Positions 1 through 9,313 of a DNA stretch of 59,734 nucleotides are shown here, piece after piece; the stretch's first letter is position 1; each line of letters opens with the position of its first letter. The stretch is from Candidatus Xenobia bacterium (GTDB taxonomy: Bacteria; Vulcanimicrobiota; Xenobia; Xenobiales; QWHO01): assembly GCA_045863235.1 (NCBI GenBank), contig BTUM01000048.1:1-59734 (forward strand), in the 5' to 3' direction. The notes beneath the pieces were generated by a model. That model was not told the DNA's origin. It did no database searches and worked only from the letters and a program-made list of their open reading frames with translations. Both the position numbers and the translations under genes were made by a program.

Positions 1-81
1 CGGCTGTGAGCCCATTGCTTACGAGGCCATCAAGGATTGGCCCTGGAGGGAAGGCCGGGAGGGACACGGAAACTGACAGCG

Positions 82-570
82 ATGTCCGCTGGCCAGGCCC
101 CTCCATCTTTGCCCCGCTTGACCTGGTGGCAGCTGGTCTTCGTTGTCGGAGTGCCGCTCTTTCTGGTCACCAGCACCTGCTATCGAGCACCTGGGCCCAG
201 GACGTTCGCTTCCGCCAGCCCGGTGGTGACGGTCGAGACGGCCGCTCCCGAGGTGGTGGCCCAGAGCTTCTTGCAGATCCTGCGCATGGAGAACCTCAAG
301 CTCTCGTACGGCTATCTGTCAGCGGGAGCGAAGAAGAAGCTTAGCGAGGGCGCCTTTCAGAAGCAGCTGCTCGAGCGATTGAAGGACCAGGACCTGCAGT
401 GGGAGCTGCCCTATCGGCAGATCCGACCCGGGGTGGCGAATGGAAAACAGGTCCGGGTCGAAGTACTGCCACCCGAGCAGGGCAACCGACCCACCTGGCA
501 GTGGGAGCTGGTCAAAGAAAGCACTGGCTGGAAGATTGACCGAATGCACGGCGGACCGGTGGAGCTGTAA
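82..570 (+). CDS. Hypothetical membrane-anchored protein
   Basis: One N-terminal hydrophobic helix (WWQLVFVVGVPLFLV) and an NTF2-like-looking C-terminus (WELVKESTGWKID). Start uncertain (ATG 82 or TTG 37). Confidence 0.6.
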   Translation: MSAGQAPPSLPRLTWWQLVFVVGVPLFLVTSTCYRAPGPRTFASASPVVTVETAAPEVVAQSFLQILRMENLKLSYGYLSAGAKKKLSEGAFQKQLLERLKDQDLQWELPYRQIRPGVANGKQVRVEVLPPEQGNRPTWQWELVKESTGWKIDRMHGGPVEL

Positions 571-639
571 GTTGCGGGGAGCATAAGCCTTGCAGATGGC
601 GATTCCTCACATGCTGGGCGGGCACGGAGTGGATAAGTC

Positions 640-3633
640 TTGCAGCTAGCGATTCTGGCACTGTTCTTCGGCTCGGGCTTCAGCAGCCTGGTGTATGAGG
701 TCCTCTGGACGCGCCGACTCAGCCTGACTCTCGGGCACACGGTGTGGGCGCTCAGCCTGGTGGTGACCGCCTTCATGCTGGGACTGGCAGCAGGCAGCTT
801 GATCGGCGGGCGCTGGGCCGACCGCGCGACCACCCGGGGCGAGTGTCTGAAGGCATATGGACAGCTCGAGCTGGCCATCGGAGGCTGGGCGCTGGTCTCC
901 CCCTTCCTGCTGTCTCTGGTTGAGAACCTCCACTACAGCCACGGCTTCTGGTTTGGAGCGGCGGGGGCGGTGCTGGTGCTGCTCCCTCCCACCGCGGCCA
1001 TGGGGGCCACCTTGCCGATCATGAGCCGGATGCTGGCCGACGAGCCCGAATCGGTGGGGGTAGGCCTGTCGCACCTCTACGGCTCCAACACGCTGGGCGC
1101 CTGTGCCGGAGCCTGCGCGGCCGGTTGGTGGATGCTGCCCGCGCTGGGGATGGGTATCGCGCTGGGAGCCACAGCCTTTCTGAGCCTGTCGCTGGGAGTA
1201 CTGGCCTGGGCCCTGTCAGTGTTTTTGCCCGAGCCACTGGCCGAGCCGGAGGAGGAGCCCGCCCCGCCGATCCGGGCGGTGCGGCTCAGCCTGGCCATGG
1301 GCCTGGCGGGGGCCGGCTCGATGGGGCTTCAACTATCCTGGACCCGGTCGCTGGCGCTGGTAATGGGCTCCTCCACCTACGCCTTCTCGACCACCCTGGC
1401 CGTCTTTCTGGCCGGCCTGGGCTCAGGGAGCGCGTTGCTAGGCTGGTTTCGATTCGCTCGCGCGCCTCGCCGAGGCCACCTTGGAGGGATGTTGCTCGTG
1501 ACCGGACTGTTGGCGGCTTTGAGCTACCAGACCCTGAGCTTCATGCCACTTGTAGCAGAAGAGGTGAAGCCAATGCACGCGCCGAGCCTTTTGGCCATGC
1601 TCTCCACCGCAGCCATGCTGGCGGCCACGGTCATCTTGCCGGCCACGCTGTTGATGGGAGCAACCCTGCCCCTGGCCAGCACACTCCAGGTGCGCCAGCT
1701 CGGCCCGATTGGGCGCTCGCTGGCCAGTGTCTACAGCGCTAATACGGCCGGCTGCATCCTGGGAGCGGCCCTGGCCGGGCTGGTGCTGATGCCCGGGCTG
1801 GGCGTGCAGCTCACGCTCAAGCTTTCAGCCGGGCTCTACCTGGTGGCCGCCCTCCTGGTGACGCTGCGCCCTCTGGCCCTGCTGGGAGCCCTGGCCCTCG
1901 GCCTGGGGATCGCCTGGCTCCCCCCCTGGAACCTGGCTCGCCTGCAGTCGGGCCCGGGCCTGTATGACAAGGCGGGCCTCCCTGATGCGCCGGCCTTCTA
2001 CCGCGATGGGCTGTCCTCCACGGTGAGCGTGGAGGTGGACGCGGAAGGGGTGATGAGCCTGCGCGTCAACGGTAAAGTTGACGCCTCGCTCCATCCGCTC
2101 GACCTGGGCACCCAGAACCTGCTGGGCTATGTGCCCGGCTTCCTGCACAAGAACCCCCGTCGGGTCGCCGTGATCGGGCTGGGTACAGGGCTGACGGTGC
2201 GGGCCCTGGCCAACTTTCCCGAGGTCGAGCAACTGGAAGTCGTGGAACTCGAGCCGGCCGTGGTGGAAGCCGGCAAGTTGTGGGCCGGATATAACGGTCG
2301 GGTGCTGGAGGATCCTCGGGTGCGGCTGCACCTCTGCGACGGGCGCAACTTCATCCATACCAGCGAGGGGAAGCTCGATCTGATCGTCAGCGAGCCGTCC
2401 AATCCCTGGATCGCCGGGGTGGGCAGCCTGTACACGCTGGAGTTCTACCGCGCCTGCCGCGACCGCCTCGAGCCGGACGGGATCATGGCTCAGTGGTTCC
2501 ACCTCTACGGGATCTCCGAAACCGAGCTGGCCCGGGTGCTCTCCACTTTCTACGCGGTCTTTCCCGAAGGGGGAGTCTGGGAGACCGGACCGGGGGACAT
2601 CCTGCTGATCGGCTCCCAGAAGCCTGTCACGCTCGACCTGGACAGAGTGCGCGCGGTGCTGAGCGGCTCGCACGACGCGCGCCGGTCGCTGACCAACCTC
2701 GAGCTGTTTGCCCCGGAATCGGTGGCGGGCCTGTATCTGCTCGACCGCGGCGCCGCTCTGTCGCTGCTTCGCACCGACCCGCTCAACACCGACGACCGCC
2801 CCATGCTGGAGTTCATGGCCCCGCTGAGCTTCGGACGGCCCGGCCTGGACAGCCTCAACCGCGAGCTCCTGCTGACCGTGCGCGGCACCGAGCCATTGCT
2901 CGCGCCCGGAGTGGAGCGCACCCCCGCCAACCTGACCCGGGCCGCCCAGGCCTGGGTCCGCATGCAGCGCCACGCCGACGCCTTTCGAGCCTTGGCGCCC
3001 CTCAAGGATGAGCCCGGGGCTCGCCTGGCCATGGCCCGCTCGGCCGACCTCCAGTCCGACCCACGAGCGGAGCAACTCTACAAGCAAGCCCTGGAAGACG
3101 CTCCCCGGGACCCGGCCACCCTGTGGCAGGTCTCGCGCTACTTGATGAGTCGCGGCATGCACGGGGCGGCTGAGCCTATCCTGGCTCGGTTGGCCGAAAT
3201 CGGGATGGCGGGCTTCGATGAGCAGGTTCTGGTAGAGCACGCCCGGGTTTTGAGCGAGTTGGGCCGGAACCTGGAAGCGCTGGCCAGGCTCGAGCAGGCA
3301 ATCCGCCTGCCGACCGCCAGCCACATCTCCTGGCTGTCGAAGGGCAACCTGGAACGCCACCTGGGACGATCCAAGGAGGCACTGACCAGCCTGGAGCGAG
3401 CTCTGGAGCTCAACTCGGCCTCGCTGGGAGCGCGCCTTGCCCGGGCCGAGACCCTGACCTCGCTCAAGCTCTGGGGAGAGGCGGCCAGAGCCTGGGAGGG
3501 GGCGCTCGAGCTCAAGCCCGATCAGGCTGCGGGCTGGAACCAGCTGGCCCGGTGCCTGCGGGAGCTCGGTAGGGAGGACGAAGCCCGAAAGGCCCTCCAG
3601 CAGGTCCGAATGTTGCAGCCCGAGCATCCTTGA
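640..3633 (+). CDS. Fused membrane/spermidine-synthase-like protein with C-terminal TPRs
   Basis: Multi-TM N-half (SGFSSLVYEVLWTRRL), SAM-binding VIGLGTG, DGRNF, DLIVSEPSNPW, TDDRPMLEF, then TPR-like helices. Confidence 0.9.
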   Translation: MQLAILALFFGSGFSSLVYEVLWTRRLSLTLGHTVWALSLVVTAFMLGLAAGSLIGGRWADRATTRGECLKAYGQLELAIGGWALVSPFLLSLVENLHYSHGFWFGAAGAVLVLLPPTAAMGATLPIMSRMLADEPESVGVGLSHLYGSNTLGACAGACAAGWWMLPALGMGIALGATAFLSLSLGVLAWALSVFLPEPLAEPEEEPAPPIRAVRLSLAMGLAGAGSMGLQLSWTRSLALVMGSSTYAFSTTLAVFLAGLGSGSALLGWFRFARAPRRGHLGGMLLVTGLLAALSYQTLSFMPLVAEEVKPMHAPSLLAMLSTAAMLAATVILPATLLMGATLPLASTLQVRQLGPIGRSLASVYSANTAGCILGAALAGLVLMPGLGVQLTLKLSAGLYLVAALLVTLRPLALLGALALGLGIAWLPPWNLARLQSGPGLYDKAGLPDAPAFYRDGLSSTVSVEVDAEGVMSLRVNGKVDASLHPLDLGTQNLLGYVPGFLHKNPRRVAVIGLGTGLTVRALANFPEVEQLEVVELEPAVVEAGKLWAGYNGRVLEDPRVRLHLCDGRNFIHTSEGKLDLIVSEPSNPWIAGVGSLYTLEFYRACRDRLEPDGIMAQWFHLYGISETELARVLSTFYAVFPEGGVWETGPGDILLIGSQKPVTLDLDRVRAVLSGSHDARRSLTNLELFAPESVAGLYLLDRGAALSLLRTDPLNTDDRPMLEFMAPLSFGRPGLDSLNRELLLTVRGTEPLLAPGVERTPANLTRAAQAWVRMQRHADAFRALAPLKDEPGARLAMARSADLQSDPRAEQLYKQALEDAPRDPATLWQVSRYLMSRGMHGAAEPILARLAEIGMAGFDEQVLVEHARVLSELGRNLEALARLEQAIRLPTASHISWLSKGNLERHLGRSKEALTSLERALELNSASLGARLARAETLTSLKLWGEAARAWEGALELKPDQAAGWNQLARCLRELGREDEARKALQQVRMLQPEHP

Positions 3634-3693
3634 GGACACCAGCAACCGGCACCCCCGGTTGAATATCAGATGCTTGTCTGGTACAGTGCAGTC

Positions 3694-4095
3694 ATGCGCC
3701 AGTCCCTCAGGCAGGGCGTCAGTCTTTTGCTCGAAGTCGTCTTCGGCTTGGGTCTGTTTGCCATCTCGGTGCTGCTCCTGTTCGGGATCTTTCCCAACTC
3801 GCACCGCGCCACCACTCAGGCCAAGAACACGTCCCTGGCCACCAACCTGGCTCGCGAGCTTCTTGAGTCGGATATCTCCCGGGGCTATGACAATGTTCCC
3901 CTGGGCGCGACCAATAACGTGGTGCCCGTGGCCTCGATCGTGAACGGCACTCCCGTCACTGTAAGCTTCAACACGACCGTGGCGGTGACCGCTCATGCCC
4001 AGCCCGAGATACGAGTGGTGACAGTCACTGTGGCCTGGAGCGAGGGCCCCATCAACCGACAGGTGCGCCTGGTGGGCTACGTGGGGGACTTTTGA
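3694..4095 (+). CDS. Minor pilin/pseudopilin (PilV-like)
   Basis: RQG|VSLLLEVVFG hydrophobic prepilin-like N-terminus; C-terminal VTVTVAWSE; TACAGT 6 nt before ATG 3694. Confidence 0.7.
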   Translation: MRQSLRQGVSLLLEVVFGLGLFAISVLLLFGIFPNSHRATTQAKNTSLATNLARELLESDISRGYDNVPLGATNNVVPVASIVNGTPVTVSFNTTVAVTAHAQPEIRVVTVTVAWSEGPINRQVRLVGYVGDF

Positions 4096-4724
4096 GCAGA
4101 CGCGGGAGCACCATCGTGGAGGTCATGGTGGCCTCCTCCATCCTGCTCTTGATGCTGGGAGTGCTCTACCTGTTGATGGTGGGCGGCCTGCGCTATTTCC
4201 AGCAGGCCCGCGCCTACCAGAACGTGCAGCACGAGTCGGCCCTCGGCCTGAGGAAGATCCTGGGCGAGCTTCAGGACTCGCGGGCCAGCACGGTGGTCTA
4301 TCGACAGAACCCTACCAGCCACGTGGTCTTTCTTTCTGCCAGCCTCCCCCATCCCAACGCCGGGCCGGTGGTGCACGCTCCCGATGGCCACGTTCAATGG
4401 CAGAAATGGGTCTGCTACCGCGCCAACGGGTCCAATCTCGAGCGCGACGAGCTGCCGTTGGGCGCTCCGACCACCACGCCCCCGACCCCCGCTCCGGCCT
4501 ACGCTGCCTTCAACTTCAGCGGTCCCGACTTCAAAGTGGTCGCGCGCAACCTGAAGACGCCCGAGGACCTCACCTTGACCCCCCTCAACCGCAGCCTGCG
4601 GGTGTGGGGCGGTCCTACTGCCGACTGCATGAGGGTGCAGCTCATTTTTTCGGAGAATACCAGTTCGACCCAGGTGACCGAGCTTCGAGCCCAGGGTCAG
4701 GTCCACATGTACAACCGGTTCTGA
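4092..4724 (+). CDS. Minor pilin/pseudopilin (PilW-like)
   Basis: RRG|STIVEVMV class III signal with E5; start overlaps previous stop (TTGA). Confidence 0.75.
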   Translation: MSRRGSTIVEVMVASSILLLMLGVLYLLMVGGLRYFQQARAYQNVQHESALGLRKILGELQDSRASTVVYRQNPTSHVVFLSASLPHPNAGPVVHAPDGHVQWQKWVCYRANGSNLERDELPLGAPTTTPPTPAPAYAAFNFSGPDFKVVARNLKTPEDLTLTPLNRSLRVWGGPTADCMRVQLIFSENTSSTQVTELRAQGQVHMYNRF

Positions 4725-4736
4725 GAGGATGAACGG

Positions 4737-6068
4737 ATGAGCAAGACAAGAGAGCAAGGCGTAGCCATCGTGATCGTGCTGCTGGTGCTCTCGATCCTGA
4801 CAGTGGTGGCCGCCGCGGTGGTGATGCTGGGCACGGGCAACCTGGCCCTGGCGGGCCGCCATGTGTTCAACGAGCGGGCCTACTATGCAGCCGAAGCTGG
4901 GGTCACGATCACTTTAGTGCGGTTGAAGGCGAATCCTGCTTATGCAGGCGCCGCAGGCACCGTGACGGGGACGAACGACACCTATGCCACCCAGGTCTTT
5001 CAGGCTCCGGCCGTGGCTCCCAACGGCGTTCCCCTGCCCTCGTCCGACCACCGTTACATCCTCTCCACCGGCACGGCCTCCAACGGTACTCAGCGCCAGG
5101 TGGGGATGCTGGTACGGCTCTCGAGCGGCCTCTACGACTATGCCATCTTTGCTCGCGAGACCATCAACATCGAGAACAACAGCACCATCACCTGGTACAG
5201 CTCCGCCACGGGAACGCTCGAGCCGGCCGGCGGTCGCGGTAACATTGGCACCAACCTCGACACCAAAGGTGCCATCACCGTCGAGACCCTCTCCAACGTC
5301 AAAGGAGCCGCCTTCCTGGGCCCTGGAGCGGCCAAGAGCGCGCTCCAGGTCAAAGCCGGCGCGGTGGTCGAAGATGGCCAGAAGACCATGCTGAGCGATC
5401 GGGAGTTGGCCCCGGTCGTGCTGCCTCCCCCCCGAGGCCCGGCCACCCCGCCGCCCGACGCGGTGGTGATGCCAGCCGATCCCGAGCTGGGGGCCGACCT
5501 GAACCTCTCCCCTGGCTTCGACCTGGGACTGGGCGTGAATGTGCTGCCCCCCGGGAACTACAAGAACGTGGTGCTGAACGGGGGCGTGGAGGTCACTTTC
5601 GTGAACGGTGGAGCCGGCTACTACAATTTCAAGAGTCTGAGCCTGGTGGACGGCTCCATCCAGGTGCTCGACCCGGCCACGGATCCGGTTCTGGGCGTCA
5701 GCAATCCTGTGCCCGTCTACATCGAGACCACCTTCAACATGGGCAATGGGGCCACCATCAACTACACCGGCAAGCCCCCAATGTTCGACATCTCAGTTAT
5801 GACCGGCCCGGTCAACCTCAAAACCGCCAAGAAGGCCGATGGAACGACTTCGGGCTACTTCACCCTCTACGCTCCCGACGCAGACGTCAAGCTCGAGGGC
5901 AAGTTCGATGCCAGCAAGGGCATCGTGGAGCCTTCCGAGGTGTGGGGCTCGATCATCGGTAAGAACATCACCATCAAGAATGCCTCCAAAGTGGTCTACG
6001 ACCTGGAGCTCAACAGCAACACCACGGGGGCCAGCAACATCGAAGTGCTCTCGCACCAACGACTCTAA
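4737..6068 (+). CDS. PilX/GspK-like minor pilin with beta-rich C-terminal domain
   Basis: EQG|VAIVIVLL without E5 and AYYAAEAGV, typical of PilX N-termini. Confidence 0.8.
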   Translation: MSKTREQGVAIVIVLLVLSILTVVAAAVVMLGTGNLALAGRHVFNERAYYAAEAGVTITLVRLKANPAYAGAAGTVTGTNDTYATQVFQAPAVAPNGVPLPSSDHRYILSTGTASNGTQRQVGMLVRLSSGLYDYAIFARETINIENNSTITWYSSATGTLEPAGGRGNIGTNLDTKGAITVETLSNVKGAAFLGPGAAKSALQVKAGAVVEDGQKTMLSDRELAPVVLPPPRGPATPPPDAVVMPADPELGADLNLSPGFDLGLGVNVLPPGNYKNVVLNGGVEVTFVNGGAGYYNFKSLSLVDGSIQVLDPATDPVLGVSNPVPVYIETTFNMGNGATINYTGKPPMFDISVMTGPVNLKTAKKADGTTSGYFTLYAPDADVKLEGKFDASKGIVEPSEVWGSIIGKNITIKNASKVVYDLELNSNTTGASNIEVLSHQRL

Positions 6069-6256
6069 AGGTCATCAGCCTGGTCTGATGTCCGTCCCCG
6101 CCCTTTTGGAACCAGGAGCACCCTTTCTTGTTCTCGGGCACCCCGAGTTCGCGCACGGTCCGGGTCCGGGTTCTCGGCTGACATTAAGTCAAACTCTCAA
6201 AGGGGCCGGCATCGTCTGGTCGCTTACGCCTGCCCAAGCATCGCGCTGGCCGCGCC

Positions 6257-6895
6257 CTAAGGCTCGAATCGATTCCAAGGAGAGCCTTCTGGAGTGCAGC
6301 GAGCCTCGAGCTCCTGGCCGCTGAACGGATGGCGCAACCGGAGGCGACTGGCAAAGAGAGCGATACTGCGGTCATTGAGAGGCTTTCTGGCCCCGTAGCG
6401 AGTGTCTCCCAGGATGGGACAGCCGATGGCCGCCAGTTGGGCCCGAATCTGGTGGGGGCGCCCGGTGTGGGGAACGACCTCGAGCAGGGCCAGGGGCCCG
6501 GCCGTCCTGATCGTTCGGTAGGTCAGCTCACCCGGGCGGCCGCTCGGGCTAACTCGGGCCAGGTTACGCCGGCGGTCGTGCGCGAGCAAGTGGCGCAGTT
6601 CTCCCTCGGATGGCTCGGGTGCCGGCCGGGTGACGGCCAGATAGGTCTTCTGGACTTCCCGGTTAGCGAACTGGCGGGACAGCCGGCGCACGCTCTCGGG
6701 GTCGAGACCAAAAACCATGATGCCACCCACCGGACGGTCGAGCCGGTGCACCGGGTCGCACCTGTGGCCTTGCCGGGCCAGCCAGTCCAGTAAGGAGGGC
6801 TGGCCGTCTCGATCAGCCTGAGAGGCCACCCCGGCCGGCTTGAGCAGGAAGAGAAGCCGCTCGTCCTGCCACAGGATGCGCGGCTCCTCAGGCAC
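6257..6895 (-). CDS. RluA-family pseudouridine synthase
   Basis: KPAG, HRLDRPVGG (catalytic Asp), TGRPHQIR, PILGDTRYG. Confidence 0.92.
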   Translation of the reverse strand: MPEEPRILWQDERLLFLLKPAGVASQADRDGQPSLLDWLARQGHRCDPVHRLDRPVGGIMVFGLDPESVRRLSRQFANREVQKTYLAVTRPAPEPSEGELRHLLAHDRRRNLARVSPSGRPGELTYRTIRTAGPLALLEVVPHTGRPHQIRAQLAAIGCPILGDTRYGARKPLNDRSIALFASRLRLRHPFSGQELEARCTPEGSPWNRFEP

Positions 6896-7175
6896 AGAGG
6901 GGTCGAGTCGGGCGGGCGGGCGGGAGCAGCAGGATCACGATCAGAACCAGTTCGGGCACATACACTGGCTGAATTGGATTGCAGGCCAGGGCCGCGCCCA
7001 GCCAGGCGAAGCCCACCGGGTCGAAACGCCGACTCAGGGTATCCAGAGCGCCGGTCAAGCCGGCCAGGACCACCACCAGGTTGGCCGCCTCTCGGTAGCT
7101 GGGGGCGTTCACTGTGACTGCTCCCCACAGCAAGATAAGCGCGGCGACCAGACGCAAAAGGACCGGAAATGGCAT
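6888..7175 (-). CDS. Small membrane protein
   Basis: Three hydrophobic segments and NPIQPV; overlaps the RluA-family start. Confidence 0.6.
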   Translation of the reverse strand: MPFPVLLRLVAALILLWGAVTVNAPSYREAANLVVVLAGLTGALDTLSRRFDPVGFAWLGAALACNPIQPVYVPELVLIVILLLPPARPTRPLCA

Positions 7176-7783
7176 CTTGGGTCAGGTCTTCCAGGCGGGG
7201 GCGTTGAAGACCTCTCAAGGAACGGGCCGCCCGGGTAATTCGGGCTCGCTCGGCGGCTCTGCGGCGCATCGCCCATGTGCTGGCCCTGCACGCCAGGCAG
7301 ACCCGTGGTCGGATGTGCCGTGGCCTGTCTGCTCAGGCGACGGGTCGACGAGGGAGAGATGCCCAGGCTCGCTCGAGGACAGGGGCTCGGGCAGCAGGCC
7401 GGTCGACAGCAAGAAGCACGGTCTCCTGTCTCGATTCGGTTGTCGGCCCAGCTGCATCAGTTCAGAATTAGAAGGCGCGGGAATGTAGACAGCCCCGCGC
7501 CAGGAAGCGTTCAACGCGGCCCTTAAGTGCAAGCTCTGGTCTTACGCCTTTGCACGCGCCGGAACGACGTTCCAGCCTGTGCTGCACCAAACCGAAGTGC
7601 GAGCGCATTACTGTAGACGGCTGGACAGAGCTGAGTTGCTGTCACGGACCGGCACCCATCTTTCCCGACCTGGTGCGAGCCATGCCCGACGCAGCCCGCT
7701 TCCCCCCCCGCACCAGCCTGGCCTGCCCAGCCGGTTGGTCCCCTGGACGCGCCGCATCTCATCGGTTGCCGGGCAACAGGTTT

Positions 7784-7830
7784 CGAACAAGCGCTCGATA
7801 CCGCCGGTATAAAAAACGAGCACGTATTCG
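7784..7830 (+). promoter_or_regulatory. Putative SOS-type promoter: two LexA-like boxes around a palindrome and a -10
   Basis: CGAACAAGCGCTCG (7784-7797) and CGAGCACGTATTCG (7817-7830) resemble CGAAC-N4-GTTCG. ATACCGCCGGTAT and TATAAA lie between them. The 28-bp core is identical to 47294-47321 on the minus strand. Confidence 0.6.
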
Positions 7831-7933
7831 CCAGGAGCCCTGATAAGTTTAACGAAAAGCAATCCTGCATCCGGATACTTTCCGAAGCCCCTTCTTCCTC
7901 TTCCAAGAAATCGACCAACTACGAGGTGTCTCT

Positions 7934-9253
7934 ATGTCCTTTTCCCTGTCTCATTATGTCCATCACAGTCCCAAAGAGATGTTCCTGGCTGCGGCCAGAG
8001 CCGCGCATCGTGTGAGCGAAAGCGAGTGGGAGTTGGGAGCCTGGTTGCTGGCAATCGAGCGAACCCGAGCCTACGAGTCCTTGGGATTTCGAAGCACCAT
8101 CGGCTATGCCGTGGCAAGCCTGGGTCTCGAAGCTCAGAAAGCGGGCAATCTGCTTCGGATCATGGGAGTGCTTGAGGAGCTTCCTCGCTTGAGCAGCGCC
8201 TTCAAAACAGGCGAGATCGGTTATGCCAAGGTTCGAGAAGTCACGCGAGTGGTCACCCAAGAGACCGAGGGTGCCTGGCTGGAGTTTGCCCGCAGCCACA
8301 CAACCGACCAGGTACGCCAGCGGGTGGTCACCAGCCCGGCGGCCTTTGAGCGGCGGTTTCGCTCGATCCGGAACCAGGCCGACAGCCTTTTCTCTCGAGG
8401 GGAGGCGAGCCGCGTGGAGGTGCCCGACAGTACAAGTGACTTGCACCAGCCCGGGCCAGCGCAGAGCCTGGCAATGGGGAGCTCCGCGGAGCCAATCGGC
8501 AAGGCGAGGAGCAAGGGCTCCCAAAGCACGCCGAGTGAGAGCGCCAAAACCCTGCCCCTGGAGGCTGCCGGCATTGTCTCTGACCGGGAGCAAACCCTCG
8601 TCAGTATCCAGGAGGACGGCCTGCCGGCTCCCCAGAGAGTGCGTCTGGTCGTGGAGCTCAGCGCCGAAGAGTACGCTGAATGGGGAGCCACAGTTGAGCG
8701 GGTGTCCCGCCAGCTCGGGCGCCGAGCGAGTTCCCGGGAGGTGATCTTAGAGTTGGCTCGTCGCCACGTTGCCAGCACAGGTGGCTGCTCGTTACAGCGC
8801 AACCCGGTCGTGGTTCGCCTGGAACCGGACGGGTCGGGGTTCGTTCAGACCGACCGCGGACCCATGGCCATTTCTCACCAGAGCTCGGAGGACTACCTTG
8901 CCCGGGCCGACTCGATCGTGGTCCCGGGCGCTCAGGTCTCCGTGCTCCCCCTGGGAGGGCGACGTCGCAAGAGGCTTCCGTCCCAGGTGCTGCAGGCACT
9001 GGTAGCCCGATCAGCGGGGTGCTGCGAGTGCTGTTCACAGCGCGGTCTGCTGCACATTCACCACATCCGTCCGCTCTCGCGTGGGGGAACGAATGAACTG
9101 GAAAACCTCCGTCTGCTCTGCTCGAACTGTCACAGCCGAGAGCACGACCAGGACTTCAAGCCAGGGAGTCCCTGGGAGCGGGCCCGGGATCGACGCCGGC
9201 GGCGTCGCAATCTGGCCGGTCGCCAGGCCCGGGCCAGGGGCTCGGACCCTTAG
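7934..9253 (+). CDS. HNH endonuclease with DUF222-like N-terminal region
   Basis: C-terminal CECC...HIHHIRPLSRGGTNELENLRLLCSNCH; N-terminal LPRLSSAFKTGEIGYAKVREV as in DUF222/13E12-type proteins; GAGG SD. Confidence 0.85.
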   Translation: MSFSLSHYVHHSPKEMFLAAARAAHRVSESEWELGAWLLAIERTRAYESLGFRSTIGYAVASLGLEAQKAGNLLRIMGVLEELPRLSSAFKTGEIGYAKVREVTRVVTQETEGAWLEFARSHTTDQVRQRVVTSPAAFERRFRSIRNQADSLFSRGEASRVEVPDSTSDLHQPGPAQSLAMGSSAEPIGKARSKGSQSTPSESAKTLPLEAAGIVSDREQTLVSIQEDGLPAPQRVRLVVELSAEEYAEWGATVERVSRQLGRRASSREVILELARRHVASTGGCSLQRNPVVVRLEPDGSGFVQTDRGPMAISHQSSEDYLARADSIVVPGAQVSVLPLGGRRRKRLPSQVLQALVARSAGCCECCSQRGLLHIHHIRPLSRGGTNELENLRLLCSNCHSREHDQDFKPGSPWERARDRRRRRRNLAGRQARARGSDP

Positions 9254-9313
9254 TCGACCAAAACGGGGCTTGCACCCCTCACTGGTTGCCTACGAGGCTC
9301 CCGGAAGAGGTTG

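Noticed and set aside
1825..3996. 723-aa minus-strand ORF (likewise 32608-34989, 20525-22186, 26806-28122, 37666-39141, 50919-52583)
   Set aside because: Antisense or off-frame shadows of well-supported genes in high-GC DNA, with no motifs.
7180..7530. Small ORFs or an RNA gene between the membrane-protein gene and the HNH leader
   Set aside because: No convincing start signals or motifs and no tRNA cloverleaf; only a GGCGCGGG/CCCGCGCC hairpin.
7934..9253. IscB/Cas9/TnpB-like RNA-guided nuclease
   Set aside because: No RuvC motifs or PLMP N-terminus visible; only a C-terminal HNH.
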